A DNA stretch of 64,000 bases, taken from IMG/VR virus record IMGVR_UViG_3300023171_000012; one strand, given 5' to 3'. This DNA is from an uncultured virus (IMG/VR IMGVR_UViG_3300023171_000012) (lineage: Duplodnaviria > Heunggongvirae > Uroviricota > Caudoviricetes). Shown here piece by piece: positions 29,712-39,845 of this stretch. The notes beneath the pieces were generated by a model, which searched no databases, was not told the origin of the DNA, and worked only from the letters and a program-made list of their open reading frames with translations. Every line of letters begins with the position of its first letter. Within the stretch, counting starts at the first letter, position 1. Position numbers and translations under genes: made by a program.

Positions 29712-30145
29712 GACCAGTCGATGCCGTATTCCTTCAGGATAGCATCCCTCTTTTCGGGTTTCGCTGCTGCCAATTTGGCGATCACCGTCTCGGCCTTCCA
29801 CCTGCGTTCGGCAGGGGGTGGGATCTCTCCACCGGCCTTGACGAACTTCTGGGCATCTACGTCGTCCATATCGCGGCGAAAGTTGGCAGATACCCGTTGG
29901 TCGTTGATGTAAAGACCGAATGGTGAGAGCAGAGCTTTCGCTTTTTCCCTCAGACCAGACTCTTTCAATTTAAGGTCGGCGATTTGCTGGATGAGGGAAG
30001 CGGCCTTCCGCTTGACCGCAGGTTTCTTTTTCAAGAACGCGTCCACCCGTTCGGTGATCTGCTTGTTTTCTTCGTTGTAGCCATATTCCGGCTGGACTTT
30101 AGCTGCGGCGTTGATGGCGGCACGGAGGTCTTGGTCAATTTTCAT
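29708..30145 (-). CDS. Hypothetical protein
   Basis: 145-aa ORF downstream of a TTGACA promoter. Confidence 0.6.
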   Translation of the reverse strand: MKIDQDLRAAINAAAKVQPEYGYNEENKQITERVDAFLKKKPAVKRKAASLIQQIADLKLKESGLREKAKALLSPFGLYINDQRVSANFRRDMDDVDAQKFVKAGGEIPPPAERRWKAETVIAKLAAAKPEKRDAILKEYGIDWS

Positions 30146-30175
30146 ATGTTTGGTGTATTCCTTGCGGTGCTGCTG

Positions 30176-30204
30176 TTGTAGTGTAGGATTGTAGTATGTG
30201 TCAA
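30176..30204 (-). promoter_or_regulatory. Promoter with operator-like CTACAATCCTACA motif
   Basis: Minus strand reads TTGACA-CATA-CTACAATCCTACACTACAA; the -35 overlaps the primase stop. Confidence 0.5.
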
Positions 30205-32750
30205 AGGTCTTTTTGAATTCTGCTCAAAAGAATTTCATCCGCGCCGAGAATGCCCTCGATGTAGTTCTCCAGATGGACCCAGATCTGGGTTCTCATGCCG
30301 TCGATATTGAACATTTTGCCTTCTTCGTAAGCGACATAGCCAAGGGACGAGAGGTAGATTTCCACTTTTGCATTATTACGAGCCTCGTGCTCGGTGAGAG
30401 CATTCAGGTGGGCCATACTGATGACATCCTCGCCGATCATCAGGAAATCGGGGTCGGCGATGAGCTGCTCGGATTTTATCAGGAGATGGTTTTTGGAAGT
30501 CTCTACCATCTGACGACGGTATTTCGTATCCGGTGCTGGGCCGTTCACAGGGAAGTCCTCGGAGATTTCGTGGTTCATAAGATAGTGGCGGATCGCTCCG
30601 GGAAAATTGGCCACCATATTGTGGCACGCATCGAACAAATATCCCAGAGGTGTGATCTGGTGCTTGAACTGGAGCGGGCTGTAAATTACAAAGAAGCGGC
30701 GGTCGGATTCTTCAATGTGAATCGAGTTCTTGAAATTCGTGAAGGCGACAAAATTGACTAAATTTATCACGACACGCGGGTCTTTGAATTTCTGGTTCAG
30801 GCTCACCCGGTCATTGGTGATCGCGTCCTTGATCTTGTTCGCCACCTCGGCCCGGTTCTGCCCCGGTGAGAGAAGCTCGTCGAAGATCACCACTTGGCAT
30901 CCCGCCCGCCACGAATTGAAATCCGAAGACATAGCCCCTGGCGCGATGATGTTCACATTCGTGACACCGATGGCTGCGGAGAGAATGTCACCGAGTGTTC
31001 CCTTGCCCGCGCCTTGGCAACTCTGGATGATCGGTGCCCAGCGGATCTTGATCCCCGGAAACTGAACGATGAAAGAGATGAAATCCAAAATGAGTCTTTC
31101 GTGTTCGGCATTGCCGATGAGGCTCTTCAAAAGTTTCCGAATCCATTTCCCAGCCATTTTCGAATTCACCGCATCCATGGTGGGGACGGAACTGAGTCGG
31201 TATTCGTTGAGGTAGCTACGGCCTTCGAAATTGAACACGGGATCTGCCGCTCCGAAGCGCGGGTCATAGGTCACACCGTCCACCTTGGGGATCTTGCGGA
31301 CGTTGAGCGCATGGTTTACCGGGAGCACCGCAGGCTTGCCAGAGCGTGCCTGCTCGCTTTCACCGTCCTTCGGCATCAGGAACTCGGAAAAGGTGTTGTC
31401 GAAACCCGCAGGGCTGTACTCCACACCATTCATGGCATTGCGAAAGACGTTCTGCGAAGTGATGAAGTAAATCGGCCGGAGCCATCCTTCCAGTTCGCCG
31501 GAGGATTCCTCTTCCTTCGTCTTACGGCGGACGTTGTTCACCTGCCGCTTGATCGTGGCTTTGTCGATCCGGGTGCCCGAGAGGGTTTTTATCCTGTCCC
31601 GCAAGGCAATCACCAGAGCCTCCTCCACCATGTCGTTCTTGAACGGTAGCTCGGCGATGCGGGTTGCGCCTTCCTCTTGCAGGACGTTGCCGTCCTCACA
31701 CTCGGCGATCCATTCCAACACGCCCTGCTTCACTTTGGTAGCGAGCTTTGTCGGCACCCAGCCGTGCTCCTGGGCCATCATGAAGAGCGTGCGGATGGTT
31801 ACGGGAGCTTTTCCTTTCGGCTCAGGGGTGAAGGATTTCCATTTTGCGTATGGCTCATTCTCCTTGTATTTGTCACTGCCGCTGCTCCAGTCGTCGAACA
31901 GTTCGAACGCCGCTCTTGCCGAATCCGTGTCTCGGAATTGATGAATAAGCGACGAAATCACGCGAGTCCAAGGACCGTAGGTAATGTCTGGAGGAATGGA
32001 ACGGAGCACCGGCTCAATGTCCTCCACCGTGATTCCCATGAGAGGGAGGTATTGAAGAGAAGTTTCTTCGCTGCTTTCACCCCTCCAAGCATAGGTGCGC
32101 TCTGCCTCTTCCACTTCGTCTTCGCTCATCTCCGGTAGATCCACTACATCGAGCGGGTATCCCTCTGTCCTGCTGGCAATGACCGGGCTGTGGCTGTCTT
32201 CGCCGAGGAAGCTCACCGGACGGTACGCAGGTTGTGAGAGAACCGTAGTTTCACGGTATCCTTTGAAGTCTTTCGGAAGACCAAGACGCATCATCAAATA
32301 GCGCACGATCCGCTTGTGGTGTGCCAGATCACAAGACTTAACATCCACAATAATACGAAGACGTGGATTCTCCGGTGTAGAATTAGAAGTGTGATAAACC
32401 GCAAAATTGAAAGGCCACAAGTGCTCAATCAGCGTTTCGGGACTCTCGGCAAACTGCTTCGCTTCAATGCCGCCATCCAGATCGAAGCAGATCAATTCGA
32501 GCGACTCTGCATTATCATCACAGCGATGGGAGGTGCCAAGCTTGAATGACACTGCTGTCACGTATGGCCCGGCCTTGATTGCGTTACGCTCTCTCTCCGG
32601 TCTCGAACGAAAATCCTCTCGGGATAATTGGATTGGGACCGGAATGTTGATATACTTCTCAAGGAACTCCTTGAAGTTTTCAGCAGCAAGCGGGCGTATC
32701 GTAGCGTTGGACGTGGTTGAGCCACCCCAGTATTTTTGGTGGTCACTCAT
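30201..32750 (-). CDS. Primase-helicase (AEP-like primase, PriCT-2, DUF5906/SF3-like P-loop)
   Basis: FDLDG and PRLRII; W...I...F..WS....KY...KW.SF; QGAGKGT, FDE, FTN and DRRF motifs. Confidence 0.88.
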   Translation of the reverse strand: MSDHQKYWGGSTTSNATIRPLAAENFKEFLEKYINIPVPIQLSREDFRSRPERERNAIKAGPYVTAVSFKLGTSHRCDDNAESLELICFDLDGGIEAKQFAESPETLIEHLWPFNFAVYHTSNSTPENPRLRIIVDVKSCDLAHHKRIVRYLMMRLGLPKDFKGYRETTVLSQPAYRPVSFLGEDSHSPVIASRTEGYPLDVVDLPEMSEDEVEEAERTYAWRGESSEETSLQYLPLMGITVEDIEPVLRSIPPDITYGPWTRVISSLIHQFRDTDSARAAFELFDDWSSGSDKYKENEPYAKWKSFTPEPKGKAPVTIRTLFMMAQEHGWVPTKLATKVKQGVLEWIAECEDGNVLQEEGATRIAELPFKNDMVEEALVIALRDRIKTLSGTRIDKATIKRQVNNVRRKTKEEESSGELEGWLRPIYFITSQNVFRNAMNGVEYSPAGFDNTFSEFLMPKDGESEQARSGKPAVLPVNHALNVRKIPKVDGVTYDPRFGAADPVFNFEGRSYLNEYRLSSVPTMDAVNSKMAGKWIRKLLKSLIGNAEHERLILDFISFIVQFPGIKIRWAPIIQSCQGAGKGTLGDILSAAIGVTNVNIIAPGAMSSDFNSWRAGCQVVIFDELLSPGQNRAEVANKIKDAITNDRVSLNQKFKDPRVVINLVNFVAFTNFKNSIHIEESDRRFFVIYSPLQFKHQITPLGYLFDACHNMVANFPGAIRHYLMNHEISEDFPVNGPAPDTKYRRQMVETSKNHLLIKSEQLIADPDFLMIGEDVISMAHLNALTEHEARNNAKVEIYLSSLGYVAYEEGKMFNIDGMRTQIWVHLENYIEGILGADEILLSRIQKDL

Positions 32751-33577
32751 ACGCGGTTGCTGGTTCTTTTTTGTTTAGGTTGATTCACTGCGCGTTCTAC
32801 ACTTCCCCAACGTGAGATCCTGTTTTCTAAAAATTTGCGGTCCATGCCCAAATTCTCGGCCAAGTCAGGTACGGTTGTTTTCTTCCCTTTATACTGAATG
32901 AAGTGAGTAATCCGGCGATTGCGGAGTTGTTGCTTCATTGTTGCCCAGCGGCAGTTAGTTGGTTCATAATCCCCGTCGTTATCGACACGATCTATTGACA
33001 TGCCCTCTGGGCGATCTCCCATATCTTCGTAGAAATTTTTGAAGTCCTTCCACCGTTCACACACCCGAATACCTCGGTCATAGTAATTCTCGGGGCATGA
33101 CCTTCCTGTTCCTCGGGATATCAAAGACTTCCACGACGCATAAGCTCCTGACTTATACTGCCCATGCGTAGTTCTTAGTTCTTTACTAATACAGCCGCAG
33201 CTGCTTACTACTCCTCTTTTAATGGAGACAAGCTCACAGGATTTTTCTTGTCCACAAGAGCATCGGCATAAGACGCGCCGTTTCTTTTTTCCTGTGGTCG
33301 ATACAAAAGCAGGTTCTACCTCCCTCAAGACGGTCAAACGACCGAAGGTCTCCCCCACTGGGGCTGCATCCCTGTTCGGTTTTTTCCATTTATAGCAACC
33401 ACAACTCTTGACCTCGCCCTTTTTGACGCGAGTCAGAAGTCGAACGACCGCATTTCCGCAGTCACACCGCCACTCGATGGCCCGACGGGTTTGCCCTCCT
33501 GTTGTAACATCATCTTCTACATCTCTCAAAGCCGTGAGCATGTAAAATTTCCGACCTATGAAATCCTCGCGGCTCAT
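32747..33577 (-). CDS. HNH-like homing endonuclease with repeated Cys-rich DNA-binding modules
   Basis: Two C.CG...SCGC modules; RGI.VC.RW..F..F..DMG.RP...SIDR.DN...Y.P.NCRWAT...Q.RN. Confidence 0.85.
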   Translation of the reverse strand: MSREDFIGRKFYMLTALRDVEDDVTTGGQTRRAIEWRCDCGNAVVRLLTRVKKGEVKSCGCYKWKKPNRDAAPVGETFGRLTVLREVEPAFVSTTGKKKRRVLCRCSCGQEKSCELVSIKRGVVSSCGCISKELRTTHGQYKSGAYASWKSLISRGTGRSCPENYYDRGIRVCERWKDFKNFYEDMGDRPEGMSIDRVDNDGDYEPTNCRWATMKQQLRNRRITHFIQYKGKKTTVPDLAENLGMDRKFLENRISRWGSVERAVNQPKQKRTSNRV

Positions 33578-33774
33578 CGAACGAACCCCTCCCCGGTGAG
33601 AACCCGATGGAGTTTCTCCGCCACTGTGAGTTCAATGGTGGGGCAGCGTCCGCTCATCCAGTTATAAACCCGGAAATAGCCAACTTGGGCTGCATCCGTG
33701 ATCGACTTCAAAGTCCTCCCTTCCTCCTTGGCTTTTGCGAGGAGCTTCCGCAGCTCCGGGTCCATGTCATTCAT
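33574..33774 (-). CDS. Small HTH regulator (Cro/XRE-like)
   Basis: 66 aa; TLKSITDAAQVGYFRVYNWMSG helix-turn-helix; first gene of the replication operon. Confidence 0.7.
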   Translation of the reverse strand: MNDMDPELRKLLAKAKEEGRTLKSITDAAQVGYFRVYNWMSGRCPTIELTVAEKLHRVLTGEGFVR

Positions 33775-33886
33775 GCGTGAAGCGGAGTAAGACGCAAGGA
33801 ACCGAACCGTGTCGAGAAATTTCTTTTGCTAATCGTCAAATTCTTCTTTTCAAGATCGGATGGAAGGATTAACGCTTTGCCCGCAC

Positions 33887-34324
33887 ATGAAAACAACACT
33901 GCCAGCAGAACAATGGGCCTTGGCCCGAATCAAATCCGCCACGAAACTCTGGACCGAAGATGACGCCCGCCCCGTGGACGCCGAGACCACCAGCGAGGCA
34001 TGGCTCCGTCTTTTTGGCGAAAGTAAACCTGACGCCGATGAACGGATTGCCAACATCAATCTGGAGGACTGCTTCTATTACGAATATCCGAAGGGTCGCG
34101 TTCACTTTCTCTGCTGCGACGGCAGCGAAATTCTTCAGCTCCCTGAAGAAGCTTATGCCCTCACCCCCATTGAACCTTCACCGGAAGTCGAGACCCAGCT
34201 CTCACCCGTCGAGAAAGACCTCGCCCGAACCAAGCAAGTCCTCGGCACACTCATCACCTGGCTCGTGCTGGACCTCGGCGAGGCCAACGTGAAAACCCTT
34301 CTCGACGACCTGCAAAAGCCATGA
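33887..34324 (+). CDS. Hypothetical protein
   Basis: First gene of the divergent operon; ATGA coupling downstream. Confidence 0.6.
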   Translation: MKTTLPAEQWALARIKSATKLWTEDDARPVDAETTSEAWLRLFGESKPDADERIANINLEDCFYYEYPKGRVHFLCCDGSEILQLPEEAYALTPIEPSPEVETQLSPVEKDLARTKQVLGTLITWLVLDLGEANVKTLLDDLQKP

Positions 34325-34593
34325 ATCCTGACCCCATGATCGAAGCGGGCGTCGAGCTGTTCAAGAAACTCTGCTACGACACGTCCGAGTCCACGGATGG
34401 CAGCGGCGTCATTTGGCTGAATGGCAAGCATTGCGAAGGCGGCGGCAGCTACACCAAAGTCAGGATCAACCGGCAGTCTGCAACCCCGCTGCGCGTCATC
34501 GACGCAATCGGCAGCACGAAAAACGCCCGTGAAGCGATTCGGGTTGCCAACATGCACCTGCTGAAGAAATTCGGAATTACACTGAAGCCATGA
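34321..34593 (+). CDS. Hypothetical protein
   Basis: ATGA-coupled at both ends. Confidence 0.6.
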   Translation: MNPDPMIEAGVELFKKLCYDTSESTDGSGVIWLNGKHCEGGGSYTKVRINRQSATPLRVIDAIGSTKNAREAIRVANMHLLKKFGITLKP

Positions 34594-34844
34594 ACACCCA
34601 ACGTCTCTGCATCATCTGTGGCGCACGGGTTCGCAATATCAATCCGAAGGCTCTGACATGCGGCGACTCCGCGTGCTCCGTGTCTCACGAGACCGGGATA
34701 CCTAGAACCCGTGCGCTACGGATGCTGGCGGCAGGTGGGTCGGAATCATGGCAAACACTACCAGCGCGTCTCCATCCTACCTCCGCCGGGCACACAGATT
34801 CCCAGCATCCGAACTCTGTCGTTTACCTACCCGAATACCAATGA
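34590..34844 (+). CDS. Small Zn-finger-like protein
   Basis: CIICG...TCG...C pattern; coupled. Confidence 0.55.
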   Translation: MNTQRLCIICGARVRNINPKALTCGDSACSVSHETGIPRTRALRMLAAGGSESWQTLPARLHPTSAGHTDSQHPNSVVYLPEYQ

Positions 34845-35071
34845 TTGATGACAACGAAATCGAAGACCACCGGCTCGCGGGCGAGATTACTCTGGTTCTC
34901 CAGAATGGTCCACCTGCCGAACGGGAATCCCTGCTGCGGGCAATCGCCTCAATGCACGGTGAAGCCCGCGCCCGTGAGATGGACGGTTGGTATCCCTCGC
35001 TGCTGCCCACGGCACCACCGCGTTGCTGCATCTGCAACTGGCATCACCTCTCTGATGTACCCTGTCCATGA
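34841..35071 (+). CDS. Hypothetical protein with Cys/His-rich C-terminus
   Basis: ATGA-coupled at both ends. Confidence 0.55.
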   Translation: MIDDNEIEDHRLAGEITLVLQNGPPAERESLLRAIASMHGEARAREMDGWYPSLLPTAPPRCCICNWHHLSDVPCP

Positions 35072-35595
35072 GATCCCCCGGATACTCCCACCGCGACCGT
35101 CATCTTGCTGAAGGTTTCTTCACCTTGAAGAGAGAACCTGGTCCCGGCATGTGCATGGTCACACGCTGTCGGAACGACCACGGCAAGGGGAAGTTCTCTC
35201 TATGTCACAAGCACTATCAGCACCGCTGGCGGATGCTCAACCCGAAACAGTCGGCATTTGCCGCGCTGCGGGACCATGCGAAGGGGCGCGGAATCGAGTT
35301 CAGCCTGACTTTCGATTATTTTCAAGGAATGTGCGACGCGTACGCGATGTTCGACCACAACGCCGAGACCTTTGGTGAATACCCGTCCATCGACAGAGTG
35401 GACAGCACCATCGGCTACCGGCCGGGGAACCTCCGCATCATCACGGTCTCGCAAAATGCCGAGAAATCCGCCCGTGAGAAATTCCTCCCCGCAGCAGTAC
35501 AAGAGATCCTCGCCAGGAAACGTGCGAAGGCAAAAAACAACCCGCTCCTCATAGAAGAGCGGGTCGCCGAGACCGAAGAGAACTGTCCGTTCTAA
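35068..35595 (+). CDS. HNH-like nuclease-fold protein with N-terminal Zn finger
   Basis: C....C...C.KH; SIDR.D...GY..GN.......N motif. Confidence 0.65.
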   Translation: MRSPGYSHRDRHLAEGFFTLKREPGPGMCMVTRCRNDHGKGKFSLCHKHYQHRWRMLNPKQSAFAALRDHAKGRGIEFSLTFDYFQGMCDAYAMFDHNAETFGEYPSIDRVDSTIGYRPGNLRIITVSQNAEKSAREKFLPAAVQEILARKRAKAKNNPLLIEERVAETEENCPF

Positions 35596-35786
35596 ATCAG
35601 GTTCCTCAACCGTGAGAGACCATCTGCGGGGTCTCTGCGATACGTCGGAAAGAAGTGCTCGACCCGCGAACAGTCCGCCGTGATCTCGTCATACGTGGAC
35701 TCCCATAGGTTGAGGAACGCATGAGCGAGAATCCGAGCGGAGAAGTAAGCGAGGCCGGAGAGTGCGAATATGAGGGTGATGATCAT
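35592..35786 (-). CDS. Small membrane protein
   Basis: Hydrophobic N-terminus. Confidence 0.45.
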   Translation of the reverse strand: MIITLIFALSGLAYFSARILAHAFLNLWESTYDEITADCSRVEHFFPTYRRDPADGLSRLRNLI

Positions 35787-35790
35787 GGCT

Positions 35791-36060
35791 TCAATCTTTC
35801 TTTGGTCCCATCAAATCGCCACCTTTACCGTCATCGGGAGAATACCACTTAACTACGGAGTAGGGGGGTGGGGTCATTATCACCCCAAGCCTGCCGCAAC
35901 TATAACACTCCCATATGTCTTTTCCCCTATCCCACCAGTCGATCTCGTCTCCGTCCCTCTCGTCAATCTGATCCATCTCCGTTTCGGTTAATAAGAGCCC
36001 TTGGGTGTAAGGACCACAATTCGAAAGGTAAGCCCCGCAGGGACATTGTATTTTGGCCAT
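35791..36060 (-). CDS. Small Zn-ribbon-like protein
   Basis: CPCG...CYSCG motifs. Confidence 0.55.
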   Translation of the reverse strand: MAKIQCPCGAYLSNCGPYTQGLLLTETEMDQIDERDGDEIDWWDRGKDIWECYSCGRLGVIMTPPPYSVVKWYSPDDGKGGDLMGPKKD

Positions 36061-36106
36061 ATTATTTACTGGTTTAGTGTGGTGTGGTTTTGGGCTTGGC
36101 TCTTTT

Positions 36107-36697
36107 TCACGACTTTCCTTTCTTGAGTGCTTCCAGTTCGGCCACGACTTCGTTTAATCCGCCGTCGCATTCATCCATATCCCTCCCCATTCGTGTAGGG
36201 CATCCGGCTCGATGCGCTGGCATAAAGCCAACAAGCCTGACCGCGACACCCTTCCAAGCGTCCATTTTTTCCTCAGCGTCCGCAGCCCACATCCCATTGT
36301 CACGAGAAAGCTTTTTCCAGTATTCTACATCTGCCCTAAGCTCGTCTAGAAACTGTCCATTCAGCCTCACCGACTCAGCGAGTCGGGTTTCTAGCGAGCG
36401 GCATGTCTTGTCTAGCTCATCCACCTGATTGGCCAACATCATCCCTGCCCGAACGTAGCAGGCATCCGTCTCCGGCGTCTCACCTTCCACCCCCTTGAGC
36501 GGTCGCCACTGCGGGTCAAAATGAAAATTGTGAAACGCGGATAGCATCCCTCTGCCTCCCGCAACTTGGACAAGCAATTTCCCACTAGCATCATAGACGG
36601 TGACGCTCTCAGGTTTATCGTTCGATCTGTGCTTGAACTCATATTCCCCCGGCACGGTCGGGCATTCCGAGGTCCAGCCGTCTGTGTTTTCAGTCAT
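36107..36697 (-). CDS. Hypothetical protein with TPETDA coiled-coil segment
   Basis: Probable start MTENTDG; overlaps upstream stop. Confidence 0.55.
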   Translation of the reverse strand: MTENTDGWTSECPTVPGEYEFKHRSNDKPESVTVYDASGKLLVQVAGGRGMLSAFHNFHFDPQWRPLKGVEGETPETDACYVRAGMMLANQVDELDKTCRSLETRLAESVRLNGQFLDELRADVEYWKKLSRDNGMWAADAEEKMDAWKGVAVRLVGFMPAHRAGCPTRMGRDMDECDGGLNEVVAELEALKKGKS

Positions 36698-36884
36698 CGA
36701 GCACCCCTCTCTTGTTTGCCCATGCGATCCCGATGCCGACACATCCGACAAATGCGAGGAATCCGCACGCTCCCGCAGCGATTGCGAGCACTGTTGAGAG
36801 CGCGTAAAGCTTAGTGAAATCAGTCACTCCGGCGAATGCAAGGCCGAAGACCAACGCGAGTATTGCTAGGGTTTTAGTTCTCAT
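36690..36884 (-). CDS. Small two-TM membrane protein
   Basis: Two hydrophobic helices. Confidence 0.5.
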   Translation of the reverse strand: MRTKTLAILALVFGLAFAGVTDFTKLYALSTVLAIAAGACGFLAFVGCVGIGIAWANKRGVLDD

Positions 36885-37179
36885 CGGCGTCTCCTTTCTG
36901 TTTTGCTGATTGACTACTTTCCGGCATTGAGCATTGTTGCCCCGTGCTCCCTGACGATCGGCTTTTGCCGCGACTTAGAGAGGGGTCGCTCTCTGTAATG
37001 GGGAGCGGCCTTTCTGCTTTATCGAGCATTCCTTGAAGAACCTGATTCAATTCCTCGCGGGTCACATTTTTTACGCCGAATGCCTCGGTGCATGGCCCGC
37101 AAGTGTATGGCCCGTCTTCCCATATAAAGAAATCGTCGCCATCCTTGATCGTCTTTCCGCATGATTCGCATTTGCTCAC
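36874..37179 (-). CDS. Small Zn-finger protein
   Basis: CESCG...CGPC motifs; GTG start coupled. Confidence 0.5.
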   Translation of the reverse strand: MSKCESCGKTIKDGDDFFIWEDGPYTCGPCTEAFGVKNVTREELNQVLQGMLDKAERPLPITESDPSLSRGKSRSSGSTGQQCSMPESSQSAKQKGDADEN

Positions 37180-37385
37180 CCCTCACCGCCTTTCTCTTTC
37201 ACTGGCTTAGGGGGGATTATGGGTCCGATGTAAACGCCAGCGTATGCCTTACAATGCAGATCCCCGTCCCTGATGGTGCATTGTTCCAATTCGACATATT
37301 TCGGGCGTCCGAATTTACCCGGATTCTGTGGATAGAAAAAATACCATCCAGCTTCCTCAAGCGTTGTTTCAGTGAACTCATTCAT
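37176..37385 (-). CDS. Hypothetical protein
   Basis: Coupled at both ends. Confidence 0.5.
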   Translation of the reverse strand: MNEFTETTLEEAGWYFFYPQNPGKFGRPKYVELEQCTIRDGDLHCKAYAGVYIGPIIPPKPVKEKGGEG

Positions 37386-38053
37386 TCTGCACCGCCTTTC
37401 TCTGCGGGGCTGAGGGCTTTTGTGCATTCTTGCTCTATCTGCTCAAACGCACCCGGAGCGTCATCTAAAAAGGTGCAAGTGAGAGCATCCTGCGACCATA
37501 TTTGAATTGATTCCAAAGCATCCCTGAGCCTCCTTACTTCCGCTTGGCTGGCGGATAGCGCGTCTTCAACTCCGATCATTTCGCCACGAAGTTCCCAGTA
37601 TGCGCCTTCCGACCGTTCGGTTATGGACTCTCTTTCGTCAGCGTTGAACAAATTCCGAAGCTCCTCTACCTTCCACTGGCTACCATAATCGCCGGTGTCA
37701 CCGATGGGGTGATCTCCGATGTATTCGTCCAGAGCGGTTTCGGCATCCATTTCTAGCAATATCGCAATGCACTCTCTGCGTCCCTCAGCGCGAGCGTCCT
37801 GCCAATCGGCCTTCTCTTTTTCCAGCTCCTCAGCCCGTGCCTGCCAGTTGATCGGCTCGGGGCCAAGGAAAGGCTGTCCGTTGAAGTCGAGGTTCACTCC
37901 CGGCACTGGGTGCGGCTTCATCCCGCTCCTGTCGCCATGCTCCTTGCAAAGTGGGATGCCGCCGATACGCGTAGTCGCCTCCTCGGCGCATTGCGGTAGT
38001 GGTCCGTTGTTCGACCATTGGCACTGGCCGGGGTTTGATTGGTGGGGGTTCAT
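37382..38053 (-). CDS. Hypothetical acidic/coiled-coil protein
   Basis: About 223 aa from MNPHQS. Confidence 0.55.
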   Translation of the reverse strand: MNPHQSNPGQCQWSNNGPLPQCAEEATTRIGGIPLCKEHGDRSGMKPHPVPGVNLDFNGQPFLGPEPINWQARAEELEKEKADWQDARAEGRRECIAILLEMDAETALDEYIGDHPIGDTGDYGSQWKVEELRNLFNADERESITERSEGAYWELRGEMIGVEDALSASQAEVRRLRDALESIQIWSQDALTCTFLDDAPGAFEQIEQECTKALSPAEKGGAE

Positions 38054-38054
38054 A

Positions 38055-38309
38055 TTATCCTGCGGTTGAGTGAATTTGAATCGCGCTGTCAATGTCAGCT
38101 AATCGGCATCCAAGCCTGTCAACCTCTTGGCAGAAATCTGAATTGTGGGCTTCTTGCGCTATGTCGATTGTGTGATCGAAAGATTTATCATAAACCGTGA
38201 GACTAGCGTCCCCGATGGTAAAGAGTCCGAGCCTTTGAGATGGAGGAGTCATAAGGAGTTCTTGGACATCCTTGATCCATTGTTTTTCTGATTTCGTTAG
38301 CGGTTTCAT
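38055..38309 (-). CDS. Hypothetical protein
   Basis: ATGA-coupled start. Confidence 0.5.
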   Translation of the reverse strand: MKPLTKSEKQWIKDVQELLMTPPSQRLGLFTIGDASLTVYDKSFDHTIDIAQEAHNSDFCQEVDRLGCRLADIDSAIQIHSTAG

Positions 38310-38551
38310 TCTTTCGTTGGCTCGGTGTTTTTGAGGGCGGTGATACGGCATCCTTTGCATGTGACGCGTGAAATCCTCCGAGCGAGCATTCCAGAGCTTT
38401 GCGCTAGTTCCAATCCGCAGAGAGTTTTTCGCATCAAGAATCTGCCGTCGCCGGGTTGGAATTCCTCAATGGTGAGATGCCGCTTTGACCTGCGCGGCCA
38501 TTCTTTCGGAATATGGTTCCGAGCGCATTCAACGTCGTCAAAGTAGCTCAT
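38306..38551 (-). CDS. Hypothetical protein (H...C...CxxC)
   Basis: Coupled at both ends. Confidence 0.5.
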   Translation of the reverse strand: MSYFDDVECARNHIPKEWPRRSKRHLTIEEFQPGDGRFLMRKTLCGLELAQSSGMLARRISRVTCKGCRITALKNTEPTKE

Positions 38552-38844
38552 TGGCCTTCTCCTTTCGTCGGTATTTTCCCGCCGCACTTGTGGCAGAAAT
38601 GGTAATGGTGCGCGGAAAGATCGTGAGAATCTACTTCGAAATAGAAAGCGACTCCGCATGCGCTTTGCCAGTATCCGTCTTCCTCGTCGTAGCTCCAAGC
38701 GCAGGTTCTTTCAGAAGCCTCCCGCAGCTCGTCCGCTTCCCTTTCGAGTTGCTCCATGGTTCTTGCTCGGCGGATTTCATGATCCAGAGCACCTTCTCCA
38801 TCGCGTTGCTTGTAGGCGTCCGTAGTTCTAGGCGTAGGTCTCAC
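38548..38844 (-). CDS. Hypothetical protein with C-terminal Zn ribbon
   Basis: C.W......W...CG...FC.KCG pattern. Confidence 0.55.
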   Translation of the reverse strand: MRPTPRTTDAYKQRDGEGALDHEIRRARTMEQLEREADELREASERTCAWSYDEEDGYWQSACGVAFYFEVDSHDLSAHHYHFCHKCGGKIPTKGEGQ

Positions 38845-39845
38845 GGCTGTTTGCTGGTTGGGGTTGGGCGTTGCGCTTCCTGAAACATCGCGGCTGCCTG
38901 CTCTTTGTTCGCAACCACACCTGCCCAGTTAGCATACCATTTATCGAAGTCAGAAGGCTCCGGCGCGGGATCAGGGAAGTTGGCATCCATGAATGCGTGA
39001 ACATCTTTCCAAACCTTCCCGTCATCGTCTGCAAGCATGTCCCGCAGATGCCCGACAGCCTCCTCCAGCAGTGTGGACTCGTTGGGGAGGATCTCGCGGA
39101 CGTGCATTGCGCCGGACTCAGGTTTCACGGTGTGGGCAATGATGTTTTCGCCGCCATTCTGTAACCAGAACTCCCGCGCCTTGGCTGGCTGGGGCTTTGC
39201 CTGCTTTTTCTTCACCACCTCGTAACCCTCCGGCACAATCCACATTTCCCTAAGCTTCCATCCGTCTTTGAGATAGTCAGCGTCGAGGCCGTTCACTTCA
39301 TAAACTTCGATTTCCAAAGGATCTCGGCTAATCCACACCTTTACGCCGCACGGCTCTGTTTCAGCAGGCTCCACACCGGGATTTCCCTCAACGGGGGCCG
39401 CGTCGATATTGTCATGATGCACCTTTGAGCCAATCCGCAAAGCGTAGTGGAAACCCGCCTGATCCCCGCAGACACCTATTTCCCATGCTGATCCTTTCCC
39501 ATGCTTGTAGAGGTAAGCCGCCACATCTTGCGATGGAGTTCTGGTGTCGGCTCCTTTGATCCTTGGCACGCCGGAATACTCAAACCCGCTAGGCACGTCC
39601 GCCACACCTTCGGGCGTCGGGCGGAGTTCAACCCACTCGATGTAGTGGCGGTCATCAAGCCCTGCTGGTATGGATGGGCGATCATAGTTACTCCAGCCGT
39701 CGTCCGGCCTGAGCGCGGCGTAGTAGGTGCATTCCCCGTCATTTCTCCACCCCATTCCCCGATACACCCCGCGATAACCTGCGGGGGCGGCTGGTGGATT
39801 CGGAAGGTCGGAGGGGAGGCCGTGCGGTCTTGTGGTAGTGTTCAT
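38841..39845 (-). CDS. Hypothetical modular protein (334 aa)
   Basis: Long ORF, coupled at both ends. Confidence 0.65.
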   Translation of the reverse strand: MNTTTRPHGLPSDLPNPPAAPAGYRGVYRGMGWRNDGECTYYAALRPDDGWSNYDRPSIPAGLDDRHYIEWVELRPTPEGVADVPSGFEYSGVPRIKGADTRTPSQDVAAYLYKHGKGSAWEIGVCGDQAGFHYALRIGSKVHHDNIDAAPVEGNPGVEPAETEPCGVKVWISRDPLEIEVYEVNGLDADYLKDGWKLREMWIVPEGYEVVKKKQAKPQPAKAREFWLQNGGENIIAHTVKPESGAMHVREILPNESTLLEEAVGHLRDMLADDDGKVWKDVHAFMDANFPDPAPEPSDFDKWYANWAGVVANKEQAAAMFQEAQRPTPTSKQP

